A DNA stretch of 64,000 nt, from assembly GCF_009914755.1 (NCBI RefSeq), contig NC_060947.1; one strand, 5' to 3'. This document shows, one piece after another, positions 30,711 to 45,710 of the stretch. The position numbers and the translations under genes are program-made. Origin of the DNA: the human T2T-CHM13v2.0 reference genome, Homo sapiens. Every line of letters begins with the position of its first letter. Positions within the stretch are counted from its first letter, which is position 1. Below the pieces are notes generated by a model. It searched no databases and was not told the DNA's origin. It was given only the letters and a program-made list of their open reading frames with translations.

Positions 30711-32274
30711 TCTTCTTTAAAACTTTTCCAACCCCGCCGCCCCACCCTGCCCGACTCTGCTTTTCAGGCTAGGTTAGAGGAACCTTCTCACTGATCGCAT
30801 AGCACGACAAAGTCCTTGCCACACTACACAACTTTCTTGTTTCACTTGTTGGCCACACTCCACTGCACTGTGGACACCTTGAAGGCAAGGTCTTTACATC
30901 TCTTCATGCTCCGCATTTAGCAAAGCGTCCTGGACCTAGAAGGCCCAATAATGTATGTGTTTGTTTCAAAGCATTTTACATTTATCATCAACTTTTGCAT
31001 CTGAAACCCTGCTTAGGAGGGAGATAGCATAATCATCATCTTCATTATTCTCATTTTAAGGATAGAAATCTTAACTGCAGTGATGTAACAGAGCAGATGA
31101 AGGACCTTATCTGTTGATGACTAGGCCAGTACCCAAACTACTTTAGTTCCTGTTGCTTAGCACACTGCAGGAGGTAATGGCATTCACCTGAGGCTAAACC
31201 TTTCAACCCATGGCAGAACAGAGCTTTCCATGTCCAGAATAATCCCCTTTACAATATTCAGAAGATGCCTGAAGGTGGAAGCAGGGCAGCCCTAGAAATG
31301 CCAAGTTCTGTGCTTTGTCTAAAAAAGGAAGCTTTGATTTTTTTTTTGGTCTTCCCTCACTTAGCCTCTCCTTGGAGCTGCCTCCTGATTTAACTTTTCT
31401 ACAATTCTAATATTTGTGAATATGTAAATCAGATTTTACTATTAATTAATTCACCAACATAATGCCATTTATGAGAAGGAAGTGATCAGCCACGGGGAAC
31501 AGAATGCCTTGTAGCTCTGTCATTTTTAAAAGTCAAAGCAAGAAGTACACAGTTCTAATAACAGAAGGGATGAAGTGCTTTGTTCTTAGGTTATGCTCTG
31601 GAGTACGAGTTTTAAAAGGATTAAATATATAAACATCAAAGAAAGACTGCCCCGAAGCTAAGAGTTGTATCAGGAAACCCCCTGCTTTCCTATGTCCCCT
31701 ATGTTCAAACGTAAGACAATGGATCTGGTGATTAGAATGGTCTCTGTTCACTTTACACAGTAAAGGAAGAGAATTAAAGAAGCTTTCCCTTAGCAATATC
31801 ACGACTACTGGTGAACAACTAAAAAATGGAAACATTTTAACATGCATAAGGTCAGAGTCTATTCAGTTCCTTTTTCTGTTATGTATTTTGGAACCACTTG
31901 ACAGTTTTCCGTTTTAACATTTTGAGGGATTTTTCTTGGTAGAATTCAGACAAGGACTGCAGAAGTTTTGCCATCTGCAAAAAGAGTGGGTTGGATTAGA
32001 TTAGCAAACACTTTGGGTTCCATACAATATTTTTGTTGGTCCACAAAACTCCTCTGAAGAATACCAACATTAGAAATGAATCCAAACACTGAAAACCCGA
32101 TTAATGGATAGGCCACAATATTGCCATTTTACAGTACCATTAAATGAATAGCAAATACAGAAATAACATTAAATTGTTTATAATATTCATGGCATATTAT
32201 GTTTTCTGATTAGAACGTTTTTAAATCTAGTCAAGGCATTTTAGAAATGGAATCAAGTAATTTTTTGCTTAACA

Positions 32275-32520
32275 GCAGAATGAGTGAATGGAAAAACATG
32301 GATTTTGATATCAGATAGTCCTGCACTCTATTTATACTTCCATTACGGTGTAACCCTGCACAAGACATTTAATCTCCTTAATCCTCAATTTCCTCTCTTT
32401 AAAATGGGTTTGACAATGCTTAATAGCCCACAGAGTGATTTTGCAAATTATATAGGCTAGACACTTGAAAGTGCCTAGGGCTAACCTTGGCACATGAAAT
32501 GCATAAAAATATTCTTTTCC
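32275..32520. mobile_element. MIR SINE
   Basis: MIR core 'acatttaatctccttaatcctcaatttcctctctttaaaatggg'. Confidence 0.65.
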
Positions 32521-35500
32521 CATTTTCTATCATTCCTGTAAATTTTCAGCACGATTACTCCTTAACTGCAAGAGATTATATTTTAGAGTCATTTCTAACA
32601 TTTCTCTTTAAATGTCTCCCTCCTCATACAAACATCACAAGGGTATAAAAGTAATGGACACAATTTGAAATATGATCATATTGGATTAGTGGCCCACCAA
32701 TTTAAATTTATTTTCATCTTAATTGGCCTGGCTTAGAAAAAGATGATCAACTCCTGTATTATATTACTTTATAGAACCTCTTTAGCTCTAAAATGTTTCT
32801 AAAACCAACTTACAAGTGATGGAAGTTGGAAAGGGTAGGGGTAGCTAGGTTATATCAGATCTGTCCCTGGTGCTGAAAGTGAGCAATGTACCTAAACTCT
32901 CCTCATATAGATGCAGTAGAGGGGAAACTAGCGCGACTTAATGAAAATCCTGAATTGTGCCTTGTTTGCTATTAAGAAAGTGACATTACTCAGGCATCTC
33001 CAGAATACAGTGCTCATCCTCTTTGACCAAGTTAAAACTTTAGGACCACCCCAAGGGAAGAAAGAGAAAGTAGACACCAGCCCAGCCCACTGATGGATGC
33101 AGGCTGATGCATGCTGAAACACAATTACGTGCCCATCCACTTGAGTTATAGATTAGTCTTTAAATGCATATACACTTTGCTGCTTTCAATGTCCCAAGCG
33201 CCTCTAAGTGTTCCTTGTAAAATGTGTCTGAACCAGTATCCCATTCAGCACAGTTTAGCAAAAAGATACTCATTTATAGTTAGCAACATTCCTTTGCATA
33301 TTAAAATATGCACATCCAATTTAAAGGGTTTCTCTTAAATAAGCACTCCCCATCCATCTTATTTACAGCTCGAATTTCTCATGTGGACTAACAAATATTT
33401 GACTATGTGAAATCAGAATTGTGAACTACTTTTTAAAAAATAACTGATCATTGGTTCTAACAAAATGATTTTAAAAATAATTTGTCTGAATGTGGCAGCA
33501 TCCTTATCTTCCTTGAGTGATTTGTGTATTTTACTCTAATAAGCCACTAACATGCATTTACTCAAGCCTGCTCTGTGCTCAATCCTAGCACCAAAGTTCT
33601 GAAGGTGAAATCAAAAGGTAAGGTTCTTGGCCTGTAGGAAATTAAAACATTGCTAAGAGAATAGGAAAAATATATAATATATATAGATATATATATGAAA
33701 CATCAGACAACAAAGAAGCTCAAAACAGCAAGCAAGATGCTAACTCTAGGGCTAAAGGTATTCTAAGACCAGGGACCAGCCAGATATCATTTATGATTTC
33801 TATGAATCCCACACACTGATGGAACAGGACTTCTCTGAAATTTACCTTATATAAGTTCATATTTTAATCCTCTGTATTTTCATTCAACCATATTAGACTA
33901 CAGATTTCTTGAGAGCAGGGAATTCTTTGCTCAATTTCTCCTAGTTGCCAAGCACAGTAGGAACTTGCTCACTGAAATAATTCAAATAAAATCGCTCAGA
34001 GTTAATAGAGTTAAATTAATCAATGTTTGTTGTGGCAATCAGAGGTTTATTGGATGCGTGAGCTGGGATTTTGAGAGAACCTTGAAGGAAGGGAGGATTT
34101 TGAAAGGTAGAGAGAAGGTATGGCCATGCTTTCTGTTAGGAGAAAAAAGCAAAGCAAAGGTTTAGAGCTGGCCATCTCAACTCACCAGTGGCACTGTGAG
34201 CACAGACATCCAGAGAGTGTGTGCCAAAGTGTTTTCCCCTAAATCAGAACACGAAATACCTCTCTTTTGGCCCTGAGTCCTGTGTTTATTCAGGAAGATA
34301 ATTTTGCATGACTTTTTTCCTTACATCATCACGGATCATTCTTCTAAAAGACTCATGATGCTTTTGAGAGCCTGCTGAGTTGGCAGAACATCCTGGAAGA
34401 CCCAGACATAACAATTAGCCCACTTTTCAGCAGGGATCATCTACACACAGCAGTGTGTCTCTTTATCTTAAGCAAACAATTAAGGCTTGCCACACGTTTT
34501 CTCTTTTCGATTTCAAGTTTAAACTATCTTTAGAAATCTCTTTGGGTACCATTTCAAGGAGTACAGTGTTGCTGTGTGTAAAACAGCTTCTTGGTCAAAA
34601 CATGGCTGAGACCCAGTAGATACTTGATGGAGACATCCCTACTCAAGGGAGCTCTGATGTTTGCCAGAGGAGCTTCCCTGCTTTGAAAGGACAATTCTTG
34701 TTATACTTTTACCTTCTCTGCATGCGATTCCATTCTCCAAGAAATCTTACGTAGATCTTTTAGGATAGCAGAAACACCCACCACTTGGCAATATGTCAGA
34801 ACTATTGAGATTGGGATGGTATAAAATAATAAGCACACTACACTAAGTGCCACCTTCAATTGCAGCCTCCCAAATATCCTTTGTATTATATCACTTGCTA
34901 TGCATAGTGATTTCATGGTTGACATAGAACTGTTTAGATTTAAGATATATGCATGAAAATATTTTGTTGTTTCTCAGGCAGAAAATGGTGATGTGATTAA
35001 AAGCTAATGCTTGAAACATTTGCTAGACAAGAGCAGGCCTTTTTTTTTTATAACCTTATCAAACCAAATAATCTTTTCTTTGGAATCCCTACTCCCCATT
35101 ATGATCAATCTCTCTGGCATATCTGAGCAGGACTGAGCCAAGAAACTGATTCCAAATGTAGCAAAGGATAGAAATCCCTGTAAAGTAGGACTAAGTCAGT
35201 ATTTCATCAAAGAATTTAATCCCTGTGAAGGAATGCCCTTGTCCCTTCCAATTTAAAAATTATTAGAAAGGCATTTGTTAGGAGCTGTCTACTTAACATG
35301 TAGTGGCAGATATTTGATCCTAAGAAAATAGAGATACAGCCAGAGATTTATGTACAGGATGTTCATCTCAGTGTTACTTATAGTAGTAAAATTTCTAAAA
35401 ACTAAATGACCAACAACTTGGCATAAGTTAAATTAAGGTTCAGCCGTATGATGGAATTCTATGCAGCCATAAAATCTTTTATAGCAATAATAATTGAAAT

Positions 35501-35917
35501 GAGAAACTGTTCATGGGAAATATTTCATGGGAAAAAATGGTTATCAAACAGAATTTTTACTATGATCCTCAATTTTAGAAAATAAAGTAAACATTGTATA
35601 TACATTGTCAGTGTCCTCTTGCCAAAGACCACCAGGACCACACCAAGTAGTTGGCCAAACTGGGTTTCCTTCGTGTTGCAGTGAGGAACACACACCATGG
35701 AGAACTAAGAGGTGTCTCAAGAAGGGGGTGTTAGAAAGCACTTATAGGATTTGGGCTTGTGTTAAGTAATTTGGGGGAAGGTTGTGGGTTGTGTATATGG
35801 GGGGCTTACACCAGATTGGGTGCCATTAGGAAGCAGGGGTAGTTTTATGTCTGAGTGTCTTAATCTTTTTTCTAGAGGGAGAAAAGACTAGAATGAGGCT
35901 AAAGGCTAAAGCTGTAA

Positions 35918-36220
<303 letters not shown>

Positions 36221-37055
36221 GTAATTCGTTTTTAAAAGACCACAACTGTCCTCATATTAGCCAGGATAACATGCTTCGTCATTTTTTGTGGTTTGGACAG
36301 GGTTCATGTTTTGTCTGTTTTCACATATGATTATGGAGTGGTCCTAATTTTATCTTAAACCATCACAGTTACAGAATGCTCTTATCTGACATTAGTGTTT
36401 CAGAAAATGGTTTATGTTCGGTGGGAGAACACCAAACTTAGTTGTGAGTGCCAGGCTAGCTTCTGAATACCAGGGAATGCTTTTCTTTTCACACTTATGT
36501 ATAGAATAAGATTATAACAAATATCATTTATTATATGTCTGTGATATTTCAGGCACTGTTTTAAGTGTGTTAATCTATTTAATCCTCATAGCAATTCTAT
36601 GGGGTTGGTACTATTGTTATTCCCATTTTTCAGAAGAGAAAAATTGTGCCATAAAAAAGTAAAGTTACCCACTGCATTTTAGCTAATAAATAGTGGAGCA
36701 AGGATTCAACTCAGTGGCTACAGAACCAAAAGCCTCAACTTCTACATTATATTGCCTATGTGTACAATAAATGATCGACAAAGGTTGAAAGGTAGTGTGA
36801 GTACACCGATACAGGTGTTTTTGTTTCCTTCTTTTTCTTGTTCTTACTTTCCAAATTGTCTAAAATTAATATGTATTAATTTTAAATCAGAAAAGGTAAC
36901 AATTTATTAACGTACTGGTGAAAGCTCTGATCACAAAGTCATTGGCCCAAATGCAAACCCAAGTCGTTGGTGGAGGCAATGCTCCCCAGAACTTCTACAA
37001 AAAGAGAAGAAAAATCGGGGGGAGGCAACACCCTTCCTGCACTCTTACGTGTGGG

Positions 37056-37169
37056 CTCTCTTTCTCTCTCGCCCCTCTCTCTCGCCCCTCTCTCTCTCCC
37101 CTCTCTTTCGCCTCTCTCTTCCCCCTCTCTCTCCTCTCTCTTTCCTCTCTCCTCACTCTCACTCTCTCT
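37056..37169. repeat. Imperfect (CT)n polypyrimidine tract, ~115 bp
   Basis: Almost entirely C/T on the + strand. Confidence 0.9.
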
Positions 37170-39297
37170 GCTGCTCCAATTCAATTTAGACAACACTAAC
37201 GGGATTGCCTGCAGTAAAAGGTGGCCCAAGGTCCACACTTAGTTGGTTCTGTCTCCAAATTGAAACATACAGGTTAGAAGCTCCTCCAAATATACATAAG
37301 GACAGTTAGGAATAGAGTTGGGAGGACTAGAAACAAATGCCTTGGTCCCAAAGGAAAGGCCTTTTCTGTGTGGGAGGACAACACTCTCGCCCTGGCCAGC
37401 TGAGCAATGCAGTTTCTCCCGCTCTAAGATTCAGCCCAGGCACTGAGGGAGGGCACTCTGTTCTTCAGCCCTTGTGAGGGCTGACATTAAAAGGCCGGAA
37501 ATTCTAGGGACGAGGGCGAACCGAGGTTGGAAGGGAGCCAATCGGAGGGTCAAAGACTTCAGAATGAAAACAGCTTCGCCAAAATGTTAAAGGCACCTAA
37601 GCAGACCTGTCGGCTGGTTTTCCTTCTCTTACTTTTATCCCTGCGCTGGCATCGGGGCACATGAAACAGCTCTGTTCATTCCCTGTGCAGCGACCGATTT
37701 TAGGCCTCCTGAGAAGTGCCCACCCACTAGCTGCCGCTGGCTCAGTCGCAAAGAGCTGGGTTCGCAGTATTTCCCACCGCCACCCCTCCTCCCCGCCCTT
37801 CCATCTTTCCGTCTGCCCGGGCTGAGAGCCACGCAGGGCATCCACCCTGTCATTTAGCACCTCGGCTACGCAATGGTGGGTGGTTTCCCAAAGCGCGTGC
37901 CCTCGCAGCCACTCGCGCTCGCCTCGCCGCTTGCAGGGGCACAAGTCAATGAGGCTTTTCCCTCCGCGATCATGGTGAATCAGCAAAGCGCTGCAGAGCA
38001 GCGGCACCTCCACGAGCAGAAATTAAGATGCTGGGGGAACGGCACGAGTGGAGTGTGGCAGGGGAATTTCTAGCCCCTTCCAATGTGTCCCTCCCAGGGA
38101 CGGCGATACTGGGGGAGGGGAGTCAGCTGGAAGCTGCTGGACTTAGGCGTCGCGGGGAGCCTCTGGAAACAGAGCAGTGTAGGGAATAACGAAGATGAGC
38201 ACAGAAAGTGGACGAGAAATGGGTGGAAGGATCTAGGGAGCACAAGCAGAGCAGGGCAGGTGCGCCCCCGGGGTGGGCAGCGCAGCAGGAGCAGGTGTTG
38301 CTGAGGAAAGGTAGGAAGGAAGTCCGGTATGGGGGAAGGGAGGAGATCATCAAATAAGGAGGATTTCCCAAACCGCGACTTGCTGTTTCCAACGTGCAAG
38401 TTCCCAAGTTCAGTTTGAGAAGTGAAGGGCCGCTAGGTGTAGGGGAGTCTGGAATGGGAACGTTAGGGAAATGCCTCCCCGAGGCGCATTCTCCTACCCA
38501 TTCTCCTCTTTCTTCCCCCCCCCCCACTCCCCTTCCTCTTCCTGTCCCTATTCGTCTTCCTTCAGCTTTGATTAATATGCATGTCTATGCTCCGTAGTGC
38601 GGGCCACCGCCTCCCGTTCGACCCCTGGCACTGGGAGACTGAGCTGTAGCGACCAAAGGCTTGGGATGGGGAGGCTGAGCGCTCAGAGCGCGGAGTCTGA
38701 GGACCCCTCGCCGCGCCCTGTATCCCACCCCCCTGGCTGGAGAGAGCGCCTCAGTGACCCAGACTCCGAGATCCCGCTCGGTCTGCGTTGCAGTGGACAG
38801 ACCCAGGAGCTTGGAGCGCGAAATGAAACGCGCTAAATTGTACCTGTGCGTGGCCGTTCCCGCCGCCGCCGCAGGTCTATCCCGGGGCCGAAGCCGGCGC
38901 CCGCCTTCTCGGGGAATTCTCCGGAGGGGGAGTGCGAGGGGAACCACGGTGACTGCCTGCTAGCTCACGGCTGGCGCGCACACGCACACGCCCAACTTTG
39001 CCAAGCCGTCGGCGCCCCGCGGGCTCCCCCGCGCCCCCTGCGGCTCAACACGCTCGGAGACCTGTATCTCTCCTGCTCTGAGATAAGGTTCCCTCCACTC
39101 TCACACCTTCGCATGTAGGGGAGGAGAGGGCGGAGTGAGGCAGAGAAGGGGGTTAATGCTACTGACTCCCTGGCCAGCCTTTCTCAAACACTCTACGCCC
39201 GCAGGGGCGCCCGCGCCAGCCACGCCGCACCAGGTCCCCCAGACCTGCTGGTGACGACAGAGAGAGGAGGAGGAAGAGAAGGCAGGGCGAAGAACCG

Positions 39298-39337
39298 GGA
39301 GCCGGGGAGCCCCGGAGCTCGGGAGCCCGGGAGCCCA
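39298..39337 (+). repeat. 8-bp tandem repeat x5 (consensus GGAGCCCG)
   Basis: GGAGCCGG GGAGCCCC GGAGCTCG GGAGCCCG GGAGCCCA. Confidence 0.85.
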
Positions 39338-40157
39338 GGCGACGGACAGTTCCATCGACTGACCGTCATTATCAGCACTTTTATTACTAAAGGACTGGGT
39401 GGGAGGTTGGGGGGTGTGCAACAGAGCTGGCCAGCCCCAATCCACTCTGGAGCGACCCTAAATTAGAGCCACAGAGAAAGATTCTCCACGGATACCTTTT
39501 GAGTGGACGTGCTCCAGACACACACCCGGACCCCGTGGTCCCGCCGAAGCTGCAGTGTTGGGGGTATTTTAAACGGTTCTTATTTGGAAGGAGGCGTGAT
39601 TTCCACGTTCGAGCGTCTTCGCTCCCCACCCCCTCTCGGCACCAGCCAGTGCGCGCCACCACCTGAGCCTGGCGAGAGCCGGGACGCACGCAGTCTTCAG
39701 CCTGCTCCTTTAAGCCTCTGGAGAGACTCGGCTCTGAGCGGGTCCGCCCGACACCCGCCCCCTCCCCCCACTCCTGAGAACTCTTTACTTTTTGTTTGGA
39801 AAATCGGGGCCATTTCTTTATTTATCTCTGGGTCTTCCCGGAGGAGGGCAGAGAAGGGGAGAGCGAGCTTGGCGGGCCGGACCGGGGGAGGGGAGCGAAG
39901 GGAGGGGAGGGGACTGGGTGTAGCCTGGAATTCTCCGTCCTCGTGTTCCTGGGCGGGCGCGCAGAGTCTCCTGGCGATAGCGCCGTCGCCGCTCCCCGCG
40001 CCACCCCGTCGTTGGCCTTGGGGGTCGGGTGAGTGGGGTCATGACGAGCCGCGGGGGCTGCCCCGGGCCCCGCCCGCGCTGAGAGGGGACGCGGCCGCGC
40101 GGCGCGGAGCCCCCCTGGCGGGGAGGCCGCGGGGGGTGGGGAGGGCGCACGCGGTAG

Positions 40158-41120
<963 letters not shown>

Positions 41121-44100
41121 TAACTGGGCCAGCAAGGAGCAGAACGAGAGAAGACATTCTGGAAAGTCCTACTACTTGAGAACAAAATACTATGCTTGGA
41201 GGGGATTCCGAGATACCCCTCCCTGTCCTCAGTTTTGTTTCTCCCTTTTTCTGGCCCCCCGGAGTGTTTGGGGAACGGTTGTTGGTGTGGGATGTTGGGA
41301 AAGGACAAAAGAATGTGAGGCGGGATGGTGATGAAGATGCCTCCCACCCACCCAGAAAGAAGTGTGGTCTCTGGCGAGGACAGGGGGCTGCCCTGCTGCT
41401 CTCTTCTCCGGAGCGAGGTAGCCATCTCTATCTTCTAGGGTATGAAATTATGTTTGTAATTCGCAGTTCCTTCGTCTTTCACAGTAGCTCCTCAAGAAAT
41501 GCCAAAACTTTGGGAAAAGAGGGAACCGATCAATCCACTTTTATTTGGGTGCATCTGAGCATGGGGGTGAGGGGCAGAGCCCGAAGGGTGAGAACAGAAG
41601 CCAGGCTGTGTGACCCCGAGAAGAGCACAGGAAACCGAGCAGCTGGTTAGAGGGTGACACTCGCAGAAACCGGTTGTGCCATCAGCTTGAGGTGGGAATT
41701 TGATGTGGAAAGTGAGGTTAATGGTGGTAACTTTCAGGAACTTCCTAAGAAAAGCAGAGGAGTGAGGACTAGAGATGGAAAAGTGGAGACCTCGGGAGAG
41801 AAAAGTAAAAATAGGTGAGAATGTTCCATCTGAATCCCTGATGGGGACTGTGGGGCTTGTTTACTTAAGGTTCTCCTTTGGGGAGGGCAGACAAGAACCA
41901 GTCCCAGCTGGGACTCTGGTGCAGAGGGATGGAAGGTGATCGTTTTGTGTGAGTCTCTAGTCCAGATCTGGTACTAGAGGCTGGTTAGATTTCTAGTCTA
42001 CTTATCCCAAGGGGAGTCTGCCGGGAAACCTGGGGAACTCTTTCCTCTTCTTTTCCTCTACAGGTAATAGTTTATCCCTAGAGACAAGCTAATTTTCATT
42101 ATTTTCCTATGTCCGTTTGTTGACATGTTATCAATTAGCAATTAGTAATGAGGGGAATCTGACTAGGGGCTCAATGGAATTAGGATCTTCCCACATGGAG
42201 TGGCTCATGATATTTTTAATGGCACACATCACACATTTACTCATCACAGAACCTTAATAACATTAATCCCGAGATGTTTGTTTTTCTCATGATTAGACTT
42301 CCAGCATCAAAGTGGTTTTCTTTTTTCTCTCAATACTTTAGTGACTATATTTTGGGACACAGATAAATACTGCTCCAAAAGCTTTCCCACGAAAACACAT
42401 AGTAGATTCATCATGGGCATAAGGAAACTGTAATTTAACCAGTTCTGACAGTTGGAAATGCCCCGTCTTTTGATTGATGATCTACTAAATGATATTTCTC
42501 TTTTTGTGTTTTTTCAAGGTGACGTTTCCATTGCCTTTCCCCCCCCACCCACAAACCATCACACCACTGTGACAGGCAGTCACCAGTTACAGTCACTCTC
42601 AAGGTTAATGAGACATCAACAAGCATTATCAGATCTCTTTTCAACTGGATTACTTCTTCCCTATTTGATTTTGATCAGTTCAGGACAGAAAACAGTGCTA
42701 TAGGAGAAGGTTGAGACTGGAGAGACGGAGGCTTGGTTTGCCTCCATATCTAAAGGGCAACTTTAAAGGACAATGGTCAAAAATCAGTGGATTGTTTTAA
42801 GAACTGGGATGGTTTTTCATCTTCTAGGTGTCTGAGTAAAATCAAAACCAAGCCTAGCAGTGGTCCGAACTTATTTCTAGCTGATGACTCTCTGGTCAAA
42901 TGAGTTCATACAGCTTATAAAAATCCAGACTTACGGAACCAAGGAAATAACTGTCTTCAATTTTAAATTATATGTTTAATTTTTTCTTTCTGCATCCAGC
43001 CCCTACTTTTGGTAGATATGGAGCCAGGGGACAGGAAGATGGACCTTCATTAGTCATGGTAATGTAAAGTGTGGGAGTGAGCACTTTTTTTTTTTTAATT
43101 TTTTTCATTTAGAGACATGATGACTTGTCCTTTAGGAAAGGTGTCAGGAGTGAAAGAATCACTGTTATTGTTGTTACTAGTGTTATTCTGATGCTTCGTT
43201 ACTGGCATCAAGGATAGCATTGACAGTTAACACTACACAACACCCAACAGTCCCTGCCCCCTGCCGGTTTTATGGCGTCACATTTGAAATGAAGTGAAGT
43301 GGACAGAGCATGAGCAGGTCTGAGGCTTTTTCATACCCCAGTACAGAACTGAGGAGGTGACTTGTAGGGCTGTGTAGGGTGTTGCTTCAAGCATGAAGAG
43401 TAGACCCATTCTCTCCTCTTAATGTTTTGGGATTGTACCTGTGCAGTGAAGGAGATCCTTCTTGGGATATTGGTCCCACTATTTGCTGACAAAAAAAAAA
43501 TAGACTGGGAGGGAGTGATGACAGAAAACGAAAAGCCAGGTTGACGTTTTTAAATGTAATTGAGAGTATTACAGAAAAATATCTGTATTTCAAAAATCCA
43601 GCTGATCTGGTTTGGAGGAGCTTTCTCGAATATGCGCAAGTGATATGATTACCATACTCTGACCACTGTAGCTTAGAAGTTGACCCCACACTGTGAGGCA
43701 TGACTCCCCCCAGCGTTGGTTTCCCCTGAAGGCTACAGGGCAACGATGCATTATTAGGCAAAAGTGGGTAGGACCTGGTGGTGCTGATAAGGGCTCATGC
43801 AGTAATTTCTGAACCTCTTTACATACATGCTGCTCTTCAAACATCTTCCTTTTCCTAGAAAATTAAATTTAGCTGATTATATCTTTTAACAGAAGATCCA
43901 TGATGTTCATCTCAAAGCAAATTTCAAAGGAGGGCCTCACAAGCTTTTATAGATACGTTTCGTTGCGATCACCTAAAATGAAGTGTAAGTAGGTCCCTTT
44001 GATAATTGATCCAGGCTGTTAACAAAACAATTCTTGATTTATTCCGGAATCATCTATTTAAAGTGAAGAATCAGTACAGCCCAGTACTTATGATAATGAC

Positions 44101-45508
44101 ATCATCTTTATAGGACTTTATAGGTTAGAAATATACAGTATGTTTAAATACAGTAAATTGGGAAAAATGCTATATCCCATTTTACATATGAGAAAACTAC
44201 TTCTTAGAAGTTAACTGACTTGTCCATGGGAAAAAATACAAGGCTAGAACCAGGACTGGACTGGACCCAGGGTTTTGGACTCCAAGCCCAGTGTGCTTTT
44301 CATTGTAATTTACTTTCATATGATACACTACTGGAATGATTTAAAATGTACATTTTTGTTATCCAAATGAAGTACAGTTGACCAAAGTTTTATATCCCAT
44401 CCCATCCAGTTGTTCTAATAGTGGTAATTGGATCATAAGAATATTTTTCTTGACTGATTCTGTCTAGTGTCAATTAAAATCCACATACAGAAACTCCAAA
44501 TACCCAAAGTAAAGCATAAGATATTTATAATTAACAATATACAAGGATAGAAAGAAGATTTTTTTGGAAAAAAAATCTCTGGATGATTGAATGTAGCTGC
44601 TTCCTGATTGAGTGCTGCTCATTGGCAGGGTCCAGGTTGACTGAACTTTAGTGCCTTACACACTCCCTGGCACATAATAGCTACTCAATAAATACTTGTT
44701 GAATAGACCCTCCCTAGTTTACTCAGACATTTATGTGATGAGTTAAAGAAAATTCCATAAAAACGAATTTGAAATGTATTTACATAGTGAAATTTTTATT
44801 TTTACAACTTTACAGACAGTTACTAGGATTCTTTGTTTGCAAGATATCATTCTTCCCTCCTTGATAACCCCCGTAGTCATATCAAAGCGTATTTCAGTTT
44901 CAAAATTGGGTAGGGGAATTGCCTTTGTACAAAGTCCTCTTCTTCAGGGGAAACTCAGAATGTTTTATTCCAAACCACGGGAAGGACGCATCCTCACATA
45001 GCAAACATTCTTCCATTTACTAGGAGATCTCATTTCGCTCAAATATCAAGTTTCTGTTTTACTTAAAGCTTTTATGTTTAAATACATTAAATAGAATTAA
45101 GTTGCAAACAAGGTTAATAAAATCTAACCTTAAGTTATTTACTTCAGGCTTTCCAAGAAGGGCAGCATAACTGCTAGCTCGGGGTCACAAAGACTGGGTA
45201 GCTAGATCAAGATCATAGTTTTTCCAAATGCTGTCTCAACACTTGCAATCACTATGGGAATCACCATCATTTCTTCCTCCACAATCTAAGGATCAGCAAA
45301 TTTCAGCCTAGTTTTTAACGTAGACTGAGTTTTTACAGTTTTAAAAGATTATAAACACAACAAAACAAAAACCAAGAAAGCTATATAGCAGAAATTGTGG
45401 CTCGCGAAGCCCGAGAGATTTGCTATCTGTACATTCAAAGTTCCTATGTTGTATTCTAAAATGTCATTACTAGAGCACTTTCAAGAAGTTAATACTGTGA
45501 ATCTGTAA

Positions 45509-45710
45509 GGCAGTAGTTCTCAACCGGGGCTGACTGTGCACCCACCCAGGGGACATCTGGCAATGGCTGGAGACATTTTTGGTTGTCACAACTTGGGGAA
45601 GAGGCATGTGCTACTGGCATCTAGTGGGTAGAGGCACAGCGTAGCCCCCACAACAACAAAATTACCCAGCCCCAAATGTTAATAGTGCCAAGGTGGAGAA
45701 ACTCTCTGCT
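45509..45710 (+). mobile_element. MER20 hAT-Charlie element
   Basis: 'cagtagttctcaaccgggg...ggggacatctggcaatggctggagacatttttggttgtcacaact...ccccaaatgttaatagtgccaagg'. Confidence 0.88.

Noticed and set aside
37877-37885. GLI-like site TGGGTGGTT (also GACCACCCC at 33044-33052)
   Set aside because: One-mismatch 9-mers are expected roughly a dozen times by chance in 64 kb; PTCHD1 is not an established Hedgehog target
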